Assembly: GCA_002748065.1 (NCBI GenBank)
Contig: PDRJ01000035.1
Location: 47-64,046 of the forward strand
Origin: Bacteroidota bacterium
Lineage (GTDB): Bacteria; Bacteroidota; Bacteroidia; Bacteroidales; BM520
Direction: 5' to 3'
Length of the DNA: 64,000 nucleotides
Part shown: in pieces, positions 19,583-27,758 of the stretch
Layout of the letters: the number at the start of each line of letters is the position of its first letter
Position numbering within the stretch: position 1 is the first letter of the stretch
Position numbers and translations under genes: made by a program
The notes under the pieces: model-generated
The model's database searches: none
Seen by the model: the letters and a program-made list of their open reading frames with translations, nothing else
Told to the model about the DNA's origin: nothing

Positions 19583-19751
19583 ACGGGGGGACAACCCATG
19601 AATACTTTTTTAACCGAACGCAGGTTACCAGTTCTCTACCCCAATCTTTTATCCCTTCGCCAGGAGGAAAGGGGGTTGTCGACTGATTTCATACGAGCTT
19701 ATACTGAACTTTTCGCCCCTCTTATTGTTCCTCTTTCAAGAAAAATAAGCC

Positions 19752-21797
19752 ATGATGGAAATAGAAAAGCGATATAAGATAAAACAGACCGATAAGGAAA
19801 AACTCAAGAAGTGGTATCTACTGATGGTTACAGGCCGCAAATTGGATGAGCGCGCCCCCAACTACCTCAAGCAATCACTGGGATGGTCGTACCATGCGCC
19901 CTATGCCGGTCACGACGGCATTCAGTTGGCTATTGGGCAGGTCTTCACCCCCAAAAAAGACCACATGTTCCCCTACTACAGGGACCTGTTAACGGTACTC
20001 TCGGCGGGAATAAGCCCGGAGGAGATCATCCTCAACGGCATCAGCAAAGCCGCCGATCCCGCTTCGGGAGGACGACACATGTCAAACCACTTTGCCAAAC
20101 CGGCACTCCATATTCACAACGTCAGCTCTTGTACGGGAAACCATGCACCACAAGCAGTGGGAACGGCTCGTGCACTAAAAACCTACGGCGAAAAGGCCGT
20201 GGCATTCAGCTCCCAGGGTGAATCATCCGTATCAGAAGGATATGTGTATGAAGCCATTAACGGTGCATCACGCGAGAAACTCCCGGTGGTATTTGTATTC
20301 CAGGATAACGGCTACGGTATCTCCGTACCCAAAGAGGACCAAACGGCCAACCCTAAGGTTGCTGACAACTTCGCAGGATTCAAAAATCTTACGATCCTTC
20401 ACTGCAACGGAAAGGATGTGTTTGACTCCATGAACACCATGACCGCAGCCAAGGAGATCGCCATGAAAGAGCAAAAGCCGGTTATTGTCCACGCCAACTG
20501 TGTGCGCATAGGGAGCCACTCCAACTCCGACCGACACGAACTGTACCGAGACGATTACGAGCGCAACTACGTAAAGGAGTATGATCCACTACGCAAATTC
20601 AAGCGAATGCTGATTCGCTACAACCGTTTTACGGCGGAAGAGTTAACCGCCTTGGAAGAGGAGGCAACCCAAGTGGTCAAAGAGGCTCACAAAAAAGCCA
20701 TGGCTGCACCCCACCCTGCTCCTGAAAGCATCCACGACTTTGTACTTCCCGAGGCCTATAATGCCCATAAATACCCCCATGGAAATGAGGAGAATAAGGG
20801 GAGCACGAAACGCCTGATTCAAGCGCTGAACGAAACCCTCAAAGCGGAGTTCCGTCACAATCCGGACACCTACCTCTGGGGACAGGATATCGCCAACAAG
20901 GACAAAGGGGGCATCTTCAACGTGAGTAAAGGGATGCAACAGGAGTTTGGCAAGGAGCGTGTCTTCAATGCGCCCATCGCAGAGGACTACATCATGGCTA
21001 CGGCCAACGGTATGTCCCGTTACAGCGAGAAGATCCGGGTAGTGGTTGAAGGAGCGGAGTTTGCCGACTATTTTTGGCCGGCCATGGAGCAGTTGGTGGA
21101 CAGCTCGCACGACTACTGGCGCAGCAACGGAGCCTTCGCCCCCAACATCACCGTACGCCTGGCCTCCGGCGGCTATATCGGCGGCGGATTATACCACAGC
21201 CAAAATATTGAAGGAGCCTTAGCCACCCTTCCCGGCATCAGAATCGTCTATCCCTGCTTTGCCGACGATGCAGCAGGACTGCTTCGTACCAGCATCCGTT
21301 CGCAAGGAATCACCCTCTTTATGGAGCCCAAGGCACTCTATAACGACCCCAAAGCGGAAGCACACGTACCGGACGACTATGAGGTACCCTTTGGGAAAGC
21401 CAAAATCCGACGGGAAGGCGATGCACTAAGCATTATCACCTGGGGAAACACCACCCTTATGAGCTTAGAAGCCGCTGAAAGAATCAAAAAAGAGACCGGA
21501 AAAGAGGTGGAAGTGCTGGATCTACGCTCACTGGCGCCATTGGATGAGACGGCCATCCTTGCCACCGCAAAAAAAACCGGTAAAATAGTAGTTGCCCACG
21601 AAGACAACGTCTTTGGAGGGTTCGGAGGAGAGATTGCCGCACTCATCGGCGAAAAGGCCTTTGAACACCTTGACGGACCAATACAGCGTGTGGGTTCGGA
21701 AAACACCCCGGTGGGGTTCAACCGGATTCTGGAAAAAGCCATTCTTCCCGATACGGAAAAAATCTATCAAGCAGCTATAAACCTTTTAAATTACTAA
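19752..21797 (+). CDS. 2-oxoacid dehydrogenase E1 component, fused alpha/beta subunits (TPP-dependent)
   Basis: The ORF is 681 aa. The N-terminal half is E1-alpha-like (GHDGIQLA, GESSVSEGYVYEAIN) and the C-terminal half is a transketolase-like beta part (VFNAPIAEDYIMATANG, LDLRSLAPLD). Confidence 0.85.
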   Translation: MMEIEKRYKIKQTDKEKLKKWYLLMVTGRKLDERAPNYLKQSLGWSYHAPYAGHDGIQLAIGQVFTPKKDHMFPYYRDLLTVLSAGISPEEIILNGISKAADPASGGRHMSNHFAKPALHIHNVSSCTGNHAPQAVGTARALKTYGEKAVAFSSQGESSVSEGYVYEAINGASREKLPVVFVFQDNGYGISVPKEDQTANPKVADNFAGFKNLTILHCNGKDVFDSMNTMTAAKEIAMKEQKPVIVHANCVRIGSHSNSDRHELYRDDYERNYVKEYDPLRKFKRMLIRYNRFTAEELTALEEEATQVVKEAHKKAMAAPHPAPESIHDFVLPEAYNAHKYPHGNEENKGSTKRLIQALNETLKAEFRHNPDTYLWGQDIANKDKGGIFNVSKGMQQEFGKERVFNAPIAEDYIMATANGMSRYSEKIRVVVEGAEFADYFWPAMEQLVDSSHDYWRSNGAFAPNITVRLASGGYIGGGLYHSQNIEGALATLPGIRIVYPCFADDAAGLLRTSIRSQGITLFMEPKALYNDPKAEAHVPDDYEVPFGKAKIRREGDALSIITWGNTTLMSLEAAERIKKETGKEVEVLDLRSLAPLDETAILATAKKTGKIVVAHEDNVFGGFGGEIAALIGEKAFEHLDGPIQRVGSENTPVGFNRILEKAILPDTEKIYQAAINLLNY

Positions 21798-21799
21798 CC

Positions 21800-22294
21800 A
21801 TGCATAAGATCGCTATTATCTGTAGCTTCAACACCATAAAATCAAAGCGTGTCGCTGAAATTATCCTCGAAAAATTGGGGAAAGACCAAGCAGAACTAGT
21901 CAATGCCGAAGAGCTGACCACCGAGAAGTTTCTTTCCTACAAACGGGCTATCTTGAGTATTCCTACGTGGTTCTATGGAGAACTCCCCAACTACTGGGAT
22001 GAATTTGTTCCCGCCATTGAAGAAGAGGATCTCACCGGCTATACCTACCATATTTACGGATTGGGAGACCAAAAAAAGTACCCCTACAACTTCGTGGATG
22101 CCATTGGCGTCATGGCCACCTTCCTGGAAGAGCGAGGAGCCACCATAGAAGGAGCGGTAGAGAGCAAAGGGTATACCTTCGAAGAGAGTAAGGCCCTCCG
22201 TCCCGACGGACTCTTTTATGGACTTCCCTTGGATGACGACAACGAAGCGGAAAAGACAGAGGAACGGATAACAAATTGGCTCAAAAACTTATAA
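21800..22294 (+). CDS. flavodoxin-like protein with atypical N-terminal phosphate loop
   Basis: The ORF is 164 aa. SIPTWFYGELP and IYGLGDQKKYPYNFVDAIG match the flavodoxin W- and Y-loops, but the usual (S/T)xTGxT loop reads CSFNTIKSK. The start lies 2 nt after the E1 stop. Confidence 0.7.
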   Translation: MHKIAIICSFNTIKSKRVAEIILEKLGKDQAELVNAEELTTEKFLSYKRAILSIPTWFYGELPNYWDEFVPAIEEEDLTGYTYHIYGLGDQKKYPYNFVDAIGVMATFLEERGATIEGAVESKGYTFEESKALRPDGLFYGLPLDDDNEAEKTEERITNWLKNL

Positions 22295-22333
22295 ACCAAA
22301 AAACCCATCAAAAATCGATAATAACATCAAATG

Positions 22334-22501
22334 GTGTCTCTCCATAAAGTCGAGGGGGTGAGCAGCGTCTGTATAGAACGTTCGGATTCGAGGGGCTTGC
22401 GAAGGCTGAAATAGGGGCGTTTACTAAAGTAAATGCGATTGTATTGAGCAACCATTTGGAAAACAAGCATCACAAAGAAGTCGGACTTTATAGACAGACG
22501 C
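22334..22501 (+). mobile_element. MITE-like intergenic element, copy B (168 nt variant)
   Basis: It has the same ends (GTGTCTCTCCATAAAGTC ... GACTTTATAGACAGACGC). It carries an extra internal ~16 nt (CGATTGTATTGAGCAA). TA is present on the 3' side only; the 5' side reads TG. Confidence 0.55.
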
Positions 22502-22534
22502 TAGCATCGTGAATAACCAATAAAAAAAGAAAAG

Positions 22535-23794
22535 ATGACAACTAAAATCATTCTTTTAGCCAGTTTATTATTAATAGGCTTTATGGGTAAAAGCCAAATA
22601 GACGACCCCTTCTCTGCGCCATTACAACAACTACACAAGGGCAAGAATCTGATGGAGGCAAATCAGATAAACACTTATTTATTCGATAGTTTATATTTCT
22701 ACCGTAGCGATTTTGAAAATTTTCAAACGGCCGCCGAGTATAGAAGTATGTACTATAAAAACAGTTCCGATACATTGGAAAGGATGAATGTTTATACCAA
22801 CGCCAACCTCCTCAAAAACGATCCCTATTTCTTAAGTCATTATGCAACCTATGAACACTATAAATCAACCACCGATAACCATCATTTTATAAAAGAGATC
22901 TACTACGATGTTGATGGCAACAATAATGAGCTCTACAGCACCAAAACGATCTTTGAGTATGATGAACTCGGAAATTTGTTATCAAGTACGAAACAAATCT
23001 ATTCATTGCTCTCTTTAGAGTGGGAAGACAATACGAAGTATCTCTATTTTTACACCGATGAGCACATCATAGACAAAATAGAAACTTACTGGGGCACCAG
23101 CAATAAGTCTTGGGTTTATCTATTTTATGACCAATACCACTACAACAACGCAGGAAACATTGATTATATAGAACAAATACAAGAGCGTAACGGCAAAGAA
23201 ACGGTACTCAAAAAAAGGATCTATAATTATAACGCTGATCACTTAATCCTATCCATAGAAGACGAGGTTAACAATACCGTACAATACCGTGTAGATTTTA
23301 CGCATGATGGAGACGGTAACATTATAAGCAGAGAGACATCCAGCGGTTTTAAGTATGAGTATGAGTATGATAAAAATATAGCTATAGCGGATGTGGGAGG
23401 CCCCTTTCAGACCTATTTTGAAGCATATATGATCGATTTCATAAAGCACCCCATCACGAAATACAGTTCTTACGAATACATCAATGGGTGGACACCTTCA
23501 ACGAAAATGACACTCACCTACAAAGAGGTAACGGTAGATATCGAGCCTATTTCCAATGAACATCTTTTTATCTATCCCAATCCTATTACACGACAGCAAC
23601 TCTATATCAATCTGAAAAACCACGAAGGCACAGCTCAGGTCACTATTTTTGATCATCAAGGACGCATGGTATTGCAGCAAAATATCAATTCCAATACCCC
23701 GATAAATGTTGCCTCTCTAAAGGGCGGAGCCTATGTGGTTAAAACAAAAACAGGCAACGATACATACACGAACAAACTGATCATAAATCATTAG
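22535..23794 (+). CDS. secreted protein with T9SS type-A C-terminal sorting domain
   Basis: A signal peptide (MTTKIILLASLLLIGFMGKSQ) is present. The C-terminus is LFIYPNPITRQQLYINL...VTIFDHQGRMV...LKGGAYVVKTKT...KLIINH. The gene is visibly AT-rich. Confidence 0.7.
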   Translation: MTTKIILLASLLLIGFMGKSQIDDPFSAPLQQLHKGKNLMEANQINTYLFDSLYFYRSDFENFQTAAEYRSMYYKNSSDTLERMNVYTNANLLKNDPYFLSHYATYEHYKSTTDNHHFIKEIYYDVDGNNNELYSTKTIFEYDELGNLLSSTKQIYSLLSLEWEDNTKYLYFYTDEHIIDKIETYWGTSNKSWVYLFYDQYHYNNAGNIDYIEQIQERNGKETVLKKRIYNYNADHLILSIEDEVNNTVQYRVDFTHDGDGNIISRETSSGFKYEYEYDKNIAIADVGGPFQTYFEAYMIDFIKHPITKYSSYEYINGWTPSTKMTLTYKEVTVDIEPISNEHLFIYPNPITRQQLYINLKNHEGTAQVTIFDHQGRMVLQQNINSNTPINVASLKGGAYVVKTKTGNDTYTNKLIINH

Positions 23795-23830
23795 AAAACG
23801 ATCGGCAGAAACGTAATAGAGAAGACGCTA

Positions 23831-23899
23831 AAAGGTAAAAGGTAAAAGGTAAAAGCCGGTAAGCCCTGGAGGGACTTACCGGCTTTTAGCCTTTAGCTT
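23831..23899. repeat. long imperfect hairpin built on a (GGTAAAA)x3 tandem repeat
   Basis: AAAGGTAAAAGGTAAAAGGTAAAAGCCGGTAAGCCC-TGGA-GGGACTTACCGGCTTTTAGCCTTTAGCTT forms a stem of about 30 bp with a few mismatches. It lies 37 nt after the stop of the 22535-23794 gene. Confidence 0.6.
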
Positions 23900-23990
23900 A
23901 GATTAACGACAACGTTCACAAAAAGTTATCACTCATCTTCGGTCTTCCGACTTCCGTCTTCCGTCCCGATAATCATTCCATTACCATGTC
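23888..23990 (+). repeat. heptamer-armed repeat family, copy 1
   Basis: AGCCTTTAGCTTAGATTAACGACAACGTTCACAAAAAGTTATCACTCATCTTCGGTCTTCCGACTTCCGTCTTCCGTCCCGATAATCATTCC... aligns with the copies at 25552 and 53530. Confidence 0.6.
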
Positions 23991-24057
23991 GCCGCATTGT
24001 CACATGATCACATTTAAAACAAAAATAATCCTCTAATTTTCAATTTATTACTCATTG

Positions 24058-25416
24058 TTAATTATTCCAAATGCACCGCACAGAGAAACCGTAGGACTTG
24101 TAGTGATTGTTGCGGTTCACATTGGCAGTTTCATAGCTCAGATAGCGGTACCACACGTCGCTGCTGCCATAGACCGTGGCCGACCACCAGGTGCCGTGGT
24201 TGCCCACATTGCGGAACGTGCCGTAGTAGTCACGGTAGCCGCCCGGAAGGGCGGTGAAACCACTCTCATTAGTAGCTCCTGTATTGGGACTCTGCCAATG
24301 CCCAGTACCGACCTCCTTCATCTTTCCGCCGGCAACATCTTCTCCCCCCAAATAATCAGTAAGCGTTATCCACTCCGCATCTGTGGGCAGATGCCAACCC
24401 TCGGGGCAGATCCCCTGCCCCTCGGCATTATCCCGCGCCCAATTATCCCCAATGGCCGCCGCATAGCTATACAACACACCATACGCACTATTCATATTGT
24501 TATCGTAGTAACAATAGGCATCATCCGTATTAGTATCCCCCAAGGCGTCCCAAGCTCCCCCATCGGTAATATAGGGAATGGCATCCCCATTGGGATAGTG
24601 GGTTACCTTTAGGTTCTCCTGCATCCAACACTGCTCACCAATCAACACCGTATTGTAACTATTGCCGTCAATATCGGTGACCGTGGCAGGGCAGCTTCCC
24701 ACATAGACATACGCCTCCTTGATCTCCATATCCACACCATAAGCATTACTTGCAGAAAGGGTCACCGTATAATCCCCAACTGCCGTATATTCATGCACCG
24801 GATGCTGCTCCGTAGAAGTAGCCCCATCCCCAAAATCCCACTGCCAGGAAGTAGGGGCATTACTGCTCTGACCCGTGAAGGTTACAGTGAGCGGGGGATT
24901 CCCTTCAAGAGGGGTGGCCGTAAAGGAGGCCTCCGGTGCCGCATGAATCACGGCTATTACGTCGCCTTGATCGGTCACCTCCAAATGATACTCCGTCCCA
25001 TTGGGGCTTTGCAATCTCAACCCTCCAGAGACCATGGCGTAGGAGACCGATAACAACGGTGCAGTGCCCATATCCTGGTAGCCATCCCCCTCCTGCAAAT
25101 CAAGCTCCTGCTTTAGGTAGAGGTTATAATCCTGCCATTGGATGGAGGCAAAGTTTCCAAATACCTCCGTCCCCTGGCCCAACACCACATTCACCAACCC
25201 AAACAAATTGGTAGTCTGCTGCTGGGTCTCCTGGTAAATCGGAGTCCCCCCGATGCTATCTTTCACAAGCGTAAAACGCAGCTCCACCTGCTTTTCAGGG
25301 ATAAGAGCCCCGGCATGGTTACGCACAATCATCTGCAGGTTGATCCCCTGCGGTAGCTGTCCAAAGGATAACACGGCACAAAAAAGAGCGAAGAACAAAA
25401 GTTGTAGTTTTCTCAT
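24058..25416 (-). CDS. secreted PKD-domain plus FISUMP (Fibrobacter succinogenes major paralogous) domain protein
   Basis: A signal peptide is followed by a PKD block (PLTVTFTGQSS..WQWDFGDGATS..HPVHEYTAVGDYTVTLSASN). The FISUMP block follows (IGEQCWMQENL, WHLPTDAEWITL, AGGKMKE, GFTALPGGYR, WWSAT, GFSVRCI). Confidence 0.8.
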   Translation of the reverse strand: MRKLQLLFFALFCAVLSFGQLPQGINLQMIVRNHAGALIPEKQVELRFTLVKDSIGGTPIYQETQQQTTNLFGLVNVVLGQGTEVFGNFASIQWQDYNLYLKQELDLQEGDGYQDMGTAPLLSVSYAMVSGGLRLQSPNGTEYHLEVTDQGDVIAVIHAAPEASFTATPLEGNPPLTVTFTGQSSNAPTSWQWDFGDGATSTEQHPVHEYTAVGDYTVTLSASNAYGVDMEIKEAYVYVGSCPATVTDIDGNSYNTVLIGEQCWMQENLKVTHYPNGDAIPYITDGGAWDALGDTNTDDAYCYYDNNMNSAYGVLYSYAAAIGDNWARDNAEGQGICPEGWHLPTDAEWITLTDYLGGEDVAGGKMKEVGTGHWQSPNTGATNESGFTALPGGYRDYYGTFRNVGNHGTWWSATVYGSSDVWYRYLSYETANVNRNNHYKSYGFSVRCIWNN

Positions 25417-25551
25417 AAGGCGCTAACATTAAATTACTCAAAATGGATCATATTTCGTCAAGTCGTATCACCGGAAAAGCAGGCAAAGCGATCTTTCGGC
25501 AGACACAACACCGTAAATATAGCAATAATAATGGAGAGATATACAGAAATA

Positions 25552-25653
25552 GGGACGGAAGTCGGAAGACCGAAGACCGAAGTTGGGTGACAACGTTCAC
25601 AAAAAGTTATCACTCAACTTCGGTCTTCCGTCTTCGGTCTTCCATCTTCCGAC
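25552..25653 (+). repeat. heptamer-armed repeat family, copy 2 (complete hairpin form)
   Basis: The left arm GGACGGAAGTCGGAAGACCGAAGACCGAAGTTG and the right arm CAACTTCGGTCTTCCGTCTTCGGTCTTCCATCTTCCGAC pair as 14 bp perfect, then 8 bp, then 6 bp. They enclose the conserved core GGTGACAACGTTCACAAAAAGTTATCACT. Confidence 0.65.
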
Positions 25654-25744
25654 TTTCGTTACGTAAAAAAATGTTAAAAAAACTTAGCGGATAAAATACG
25701 GAAGGACTGTTTGTCGTTTTATCATTGATTTTAATCGCGAAAAG

Positions 25745-25930
25745 ATGTTAGAATACACAAAGACAATCCTCGAAAAAGTCAGTTTCAGCAAAGAGCTGTT
25801 CCGTAAAGAGCTTGGGAAATCTCCCCGATGGTTAGAAAAGGAGGAGTTGCTGATATTGCAAACATGGTGTCTTCTTACCTTTGGTCACCTCTACCGTGAT
25901 GTGATTATTGATTTCTTTAATACGTTATAG
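25745..25930 (+). CDS. small hypothetical protein (61 aa)
   Basis: This is the only clean ORF in a 600-nt gap and is predicted helical. I cannot assign a family signature. Confidence 0.35.
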   Translation: MLEYTKTILEKVSFSKELFRKELGKSPRWLEKEELLILQTWCLLTFGHLYRDVIIDFFNTL

Positions 25931-26066
25931 TCGCGGCAAAAAACACCCAACATTTGGTTACACAGTTAAGGAGGTATTGAGCTTTACCCCGTGAGGTCTC
26001 AGAAAAAAGTTGTAATATTGTCCATTGATGCTATTCATCATCCATAGCACCTTTAGACTAAGAGAT

Positions 26067-26684
26067 ATGGCACATTATTCTTCAGCAAGGCTCAATGAGG
26101 TTTTTCAGGAGGCCATCACCCAGTACCACCTTCTGGATGAGGTAAGTCAAGCATTTGCGAAACCACTATACGAAGAGAACAGCTTTGATTATTTGCTTTA
26201 TAAAAAATGTTGGATCGATACGGTACAGTGGCACTTGGAGGACATTATACGGGATCCATCCATCAACCCCGAAGAGGCCGTTCATATAAAACGAAAAATC
26301 GACACCTCCAACCAGCACCGAACGGATTTGGTGGAAGCGATTGATGATTATCTATATGATCAATTTAAACACAAAGAGACCAAAACAGAAGCACGCATCA
26401 ATACGGAGTCCCCGGGCTGGGCACTGGATCGTTTGTCCATCTTAAACCTAAAGCTGTATCACTGGCGTGAAGAGGCTCTCAGAGAAGATGCCTCCGAGGA
26501 GCACCGCCAAAAAGCACAAAACAAACTCCATATTCTAATGGCTCAGCATGATTTTTTATCACGAGCCATCGACGGCTTGCTATGCGACATGGAGAAGGGG
26601 CAAGTGATTGCCCAACCCTTTAAGCAGATGAAGATGTATAACGATCCGGAAACCAACCCGGTACTAAGGGCTCTAAAGCGATAA
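26067..26684 (+). CDS. DUF4254 domain protein
   Basis: The ORF is about 205 aa and helical. It sits immediately upstream of a GT9 gene, the arrangement I recall for DUF4254 in Bacteroidota. The start is set at MAHYSSARL. Confidence 0.65.
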   Translation: MAHYSSARLNEVFQEAITQYHLLDEVSQAFAKPLYEENSFDYLLYKKCWIDTVQWHLEDIIRDPSINPEEAVHIKRKIDTSNQHRTDLVEAIDDYLYDQFKHKETKTEARINTESPGWALDRLSILNLKLYHWREEALREDASEEHRQKAQNKLHILMAQHDFLSRAIDGLLCDMEKGQVIAQPFKQMKMYNDPETNPVLRALKR

Positions 26685-26696
26685 TACCTTCTCTTC

Positions 26697-27700
26697 TTGA
26701 AGCCTCCTGACGACATAAAGACCATCTTGGTGAGCCGCTTTTCGGCTCTGGGCGATGTGGCCATGTCGGTTCATGTATTGCAAAAACTAACCGCACAAAA
26801 CCCCCATATACAAATCGTATTACTTACACGTCCTTTCTTTGCCCCCCTCTTCCATCACATAGAGGGGTTAACCATACACCCGGTGGACTTGAAGGGCCAA
26901 CATAAGGGGATCCTTGGTATCCGAAAGTTGTGCAAAGAGATCATCGCCTCCTACAACATCGACTGTTATGCCGACATCCATGCAATCTTACGCACCCAAC
27001 TAATCCGTTTTTTTCTCCCTTCACGCATCCCTAGGGTACACATCGATAAAGGCAGAGCGGAGAAGCGAGCCCTAACCCGAAAGAGAAACAAAAAACGACG
27101 GCCACTGAAACACTCAACAGAGCGCTATGCCGATGTGTTCAGAAAATTGGGATTCACCCTTGATTTAACGTTGCCCTCAGAAGAAAAATGCTACCCGGTA
27201 TCCAAGGCCATCTCGGCAATTGTAGCGCTGCCCTCCCCGAAAATTGGCATTGCCCCTTTTGCCAAACATAAAAGCAAAACCTACCCGGTTGACCGGATGC
27301 GCAAAGTGGCCTCTTGATCTTTGGAGGGGGGCGCCAAGAAGCAGAAATTGCCGAAGGTTGGCAGGGAGAGTCGAAAAATATCCTTTCAGTAATCGGCCAA
27401 TTCTCCATGCCTGAAGAGTTGGCATTAATCAATAACTGTGACGCCATCATCACCATGGACAGTGCCAATATGCATTTGGCAAGCCTTACAAAGACGCAGA
27501 TCATTAGTATCTGGGGTGCCACTCATCCCTTTGCAGGGTTTACCGCTTTTGGGAAGTCCCACCATGGCATTGTGCAAAAAGAGCTATGGTGCCGTCCCTG
27601 CTCGGTTTTCGGAAACCGAGCATGCTACAAAAAGACCTACGAATGCCTATCCATAGACGAAACCGAAATCATAAAAAAGGTGGAAGAGTCTCTTCTGTAG
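26697..27700 (+). pseudogene. glycosyltransferase family 9 (heptosyltransferase-like), split by a frameshift near 27305-27316
   Basis: The N-terminal part (26697-27317, KTILVSRFSALGDVAMS...) and the C-terminal part (27314-27700, LIFGGGRQE...MDSANMHLAS...WGATHPF...CRPCSVFG) together form one GT9 protein but lie in different frames. Confidence 0.7.
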
Positions 27701-27718
27701 CAACCCGTTCTTTTTTAC

Positions 27719-27726
27719 TACTTTTG
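27719..27726 (+). promoter_or_regulatory. -7 box TACTTTTG, 32 nt before the purB ATG
   Basis: Exact TAnnTTTG in the short intergenic gap upstream of purB. Confidence 0.45.
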
Positions 27727-27758
27727 TCCCACAAAAATAACCCAAAGAAAATCGCTTT

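Noticed and set aside
19583-19751. A possible structured leader lies upstream of the TPP-dependent E1 gene, with 8-bp long-range pairing of GACAACCC and GGGTTGTC.
   Set aside because: It has no resemblance to the TPP riboswitch core (CUGAGA...ACCUGAUCUGGAUAAUGCCAGCG). One 8-bp pairing in 170 nt is not significant.
23815-23830. AATAGAGAAGACGCTA, and ATAGACGCTA at 13356-13365, resemble the 3' end of the MITE-like element (TATAGACAGACGCTA).
   Set aside because: The matches are too short and need an indel, so there is no further alignment. I note them only as possible footprints.
24055-24612. Long antisense or shadow ORFs lie inside well-supported genes. Examples are 24055-24612, 318-797, 3726-4502, 35827-36561, 37078-37800, 38779-39084, 55338-56258, 59615-60169 and 63194-63799.
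   Set aside because: Each lies opposite to, or out of frame within, a gene with clear family signatures. Their translations are low-complexity (Pro/Arg/His/Ile-rich) with no motifs.
23831-25653. Short tandem repeats (GGTAAAA x3; CGGAAGA/CGGAAGT heptamers) were considered as a possible CRISPR array.
   Set aside because: The units are 7 nt, have no spacers and form hairpin arms. No cas genes are present.
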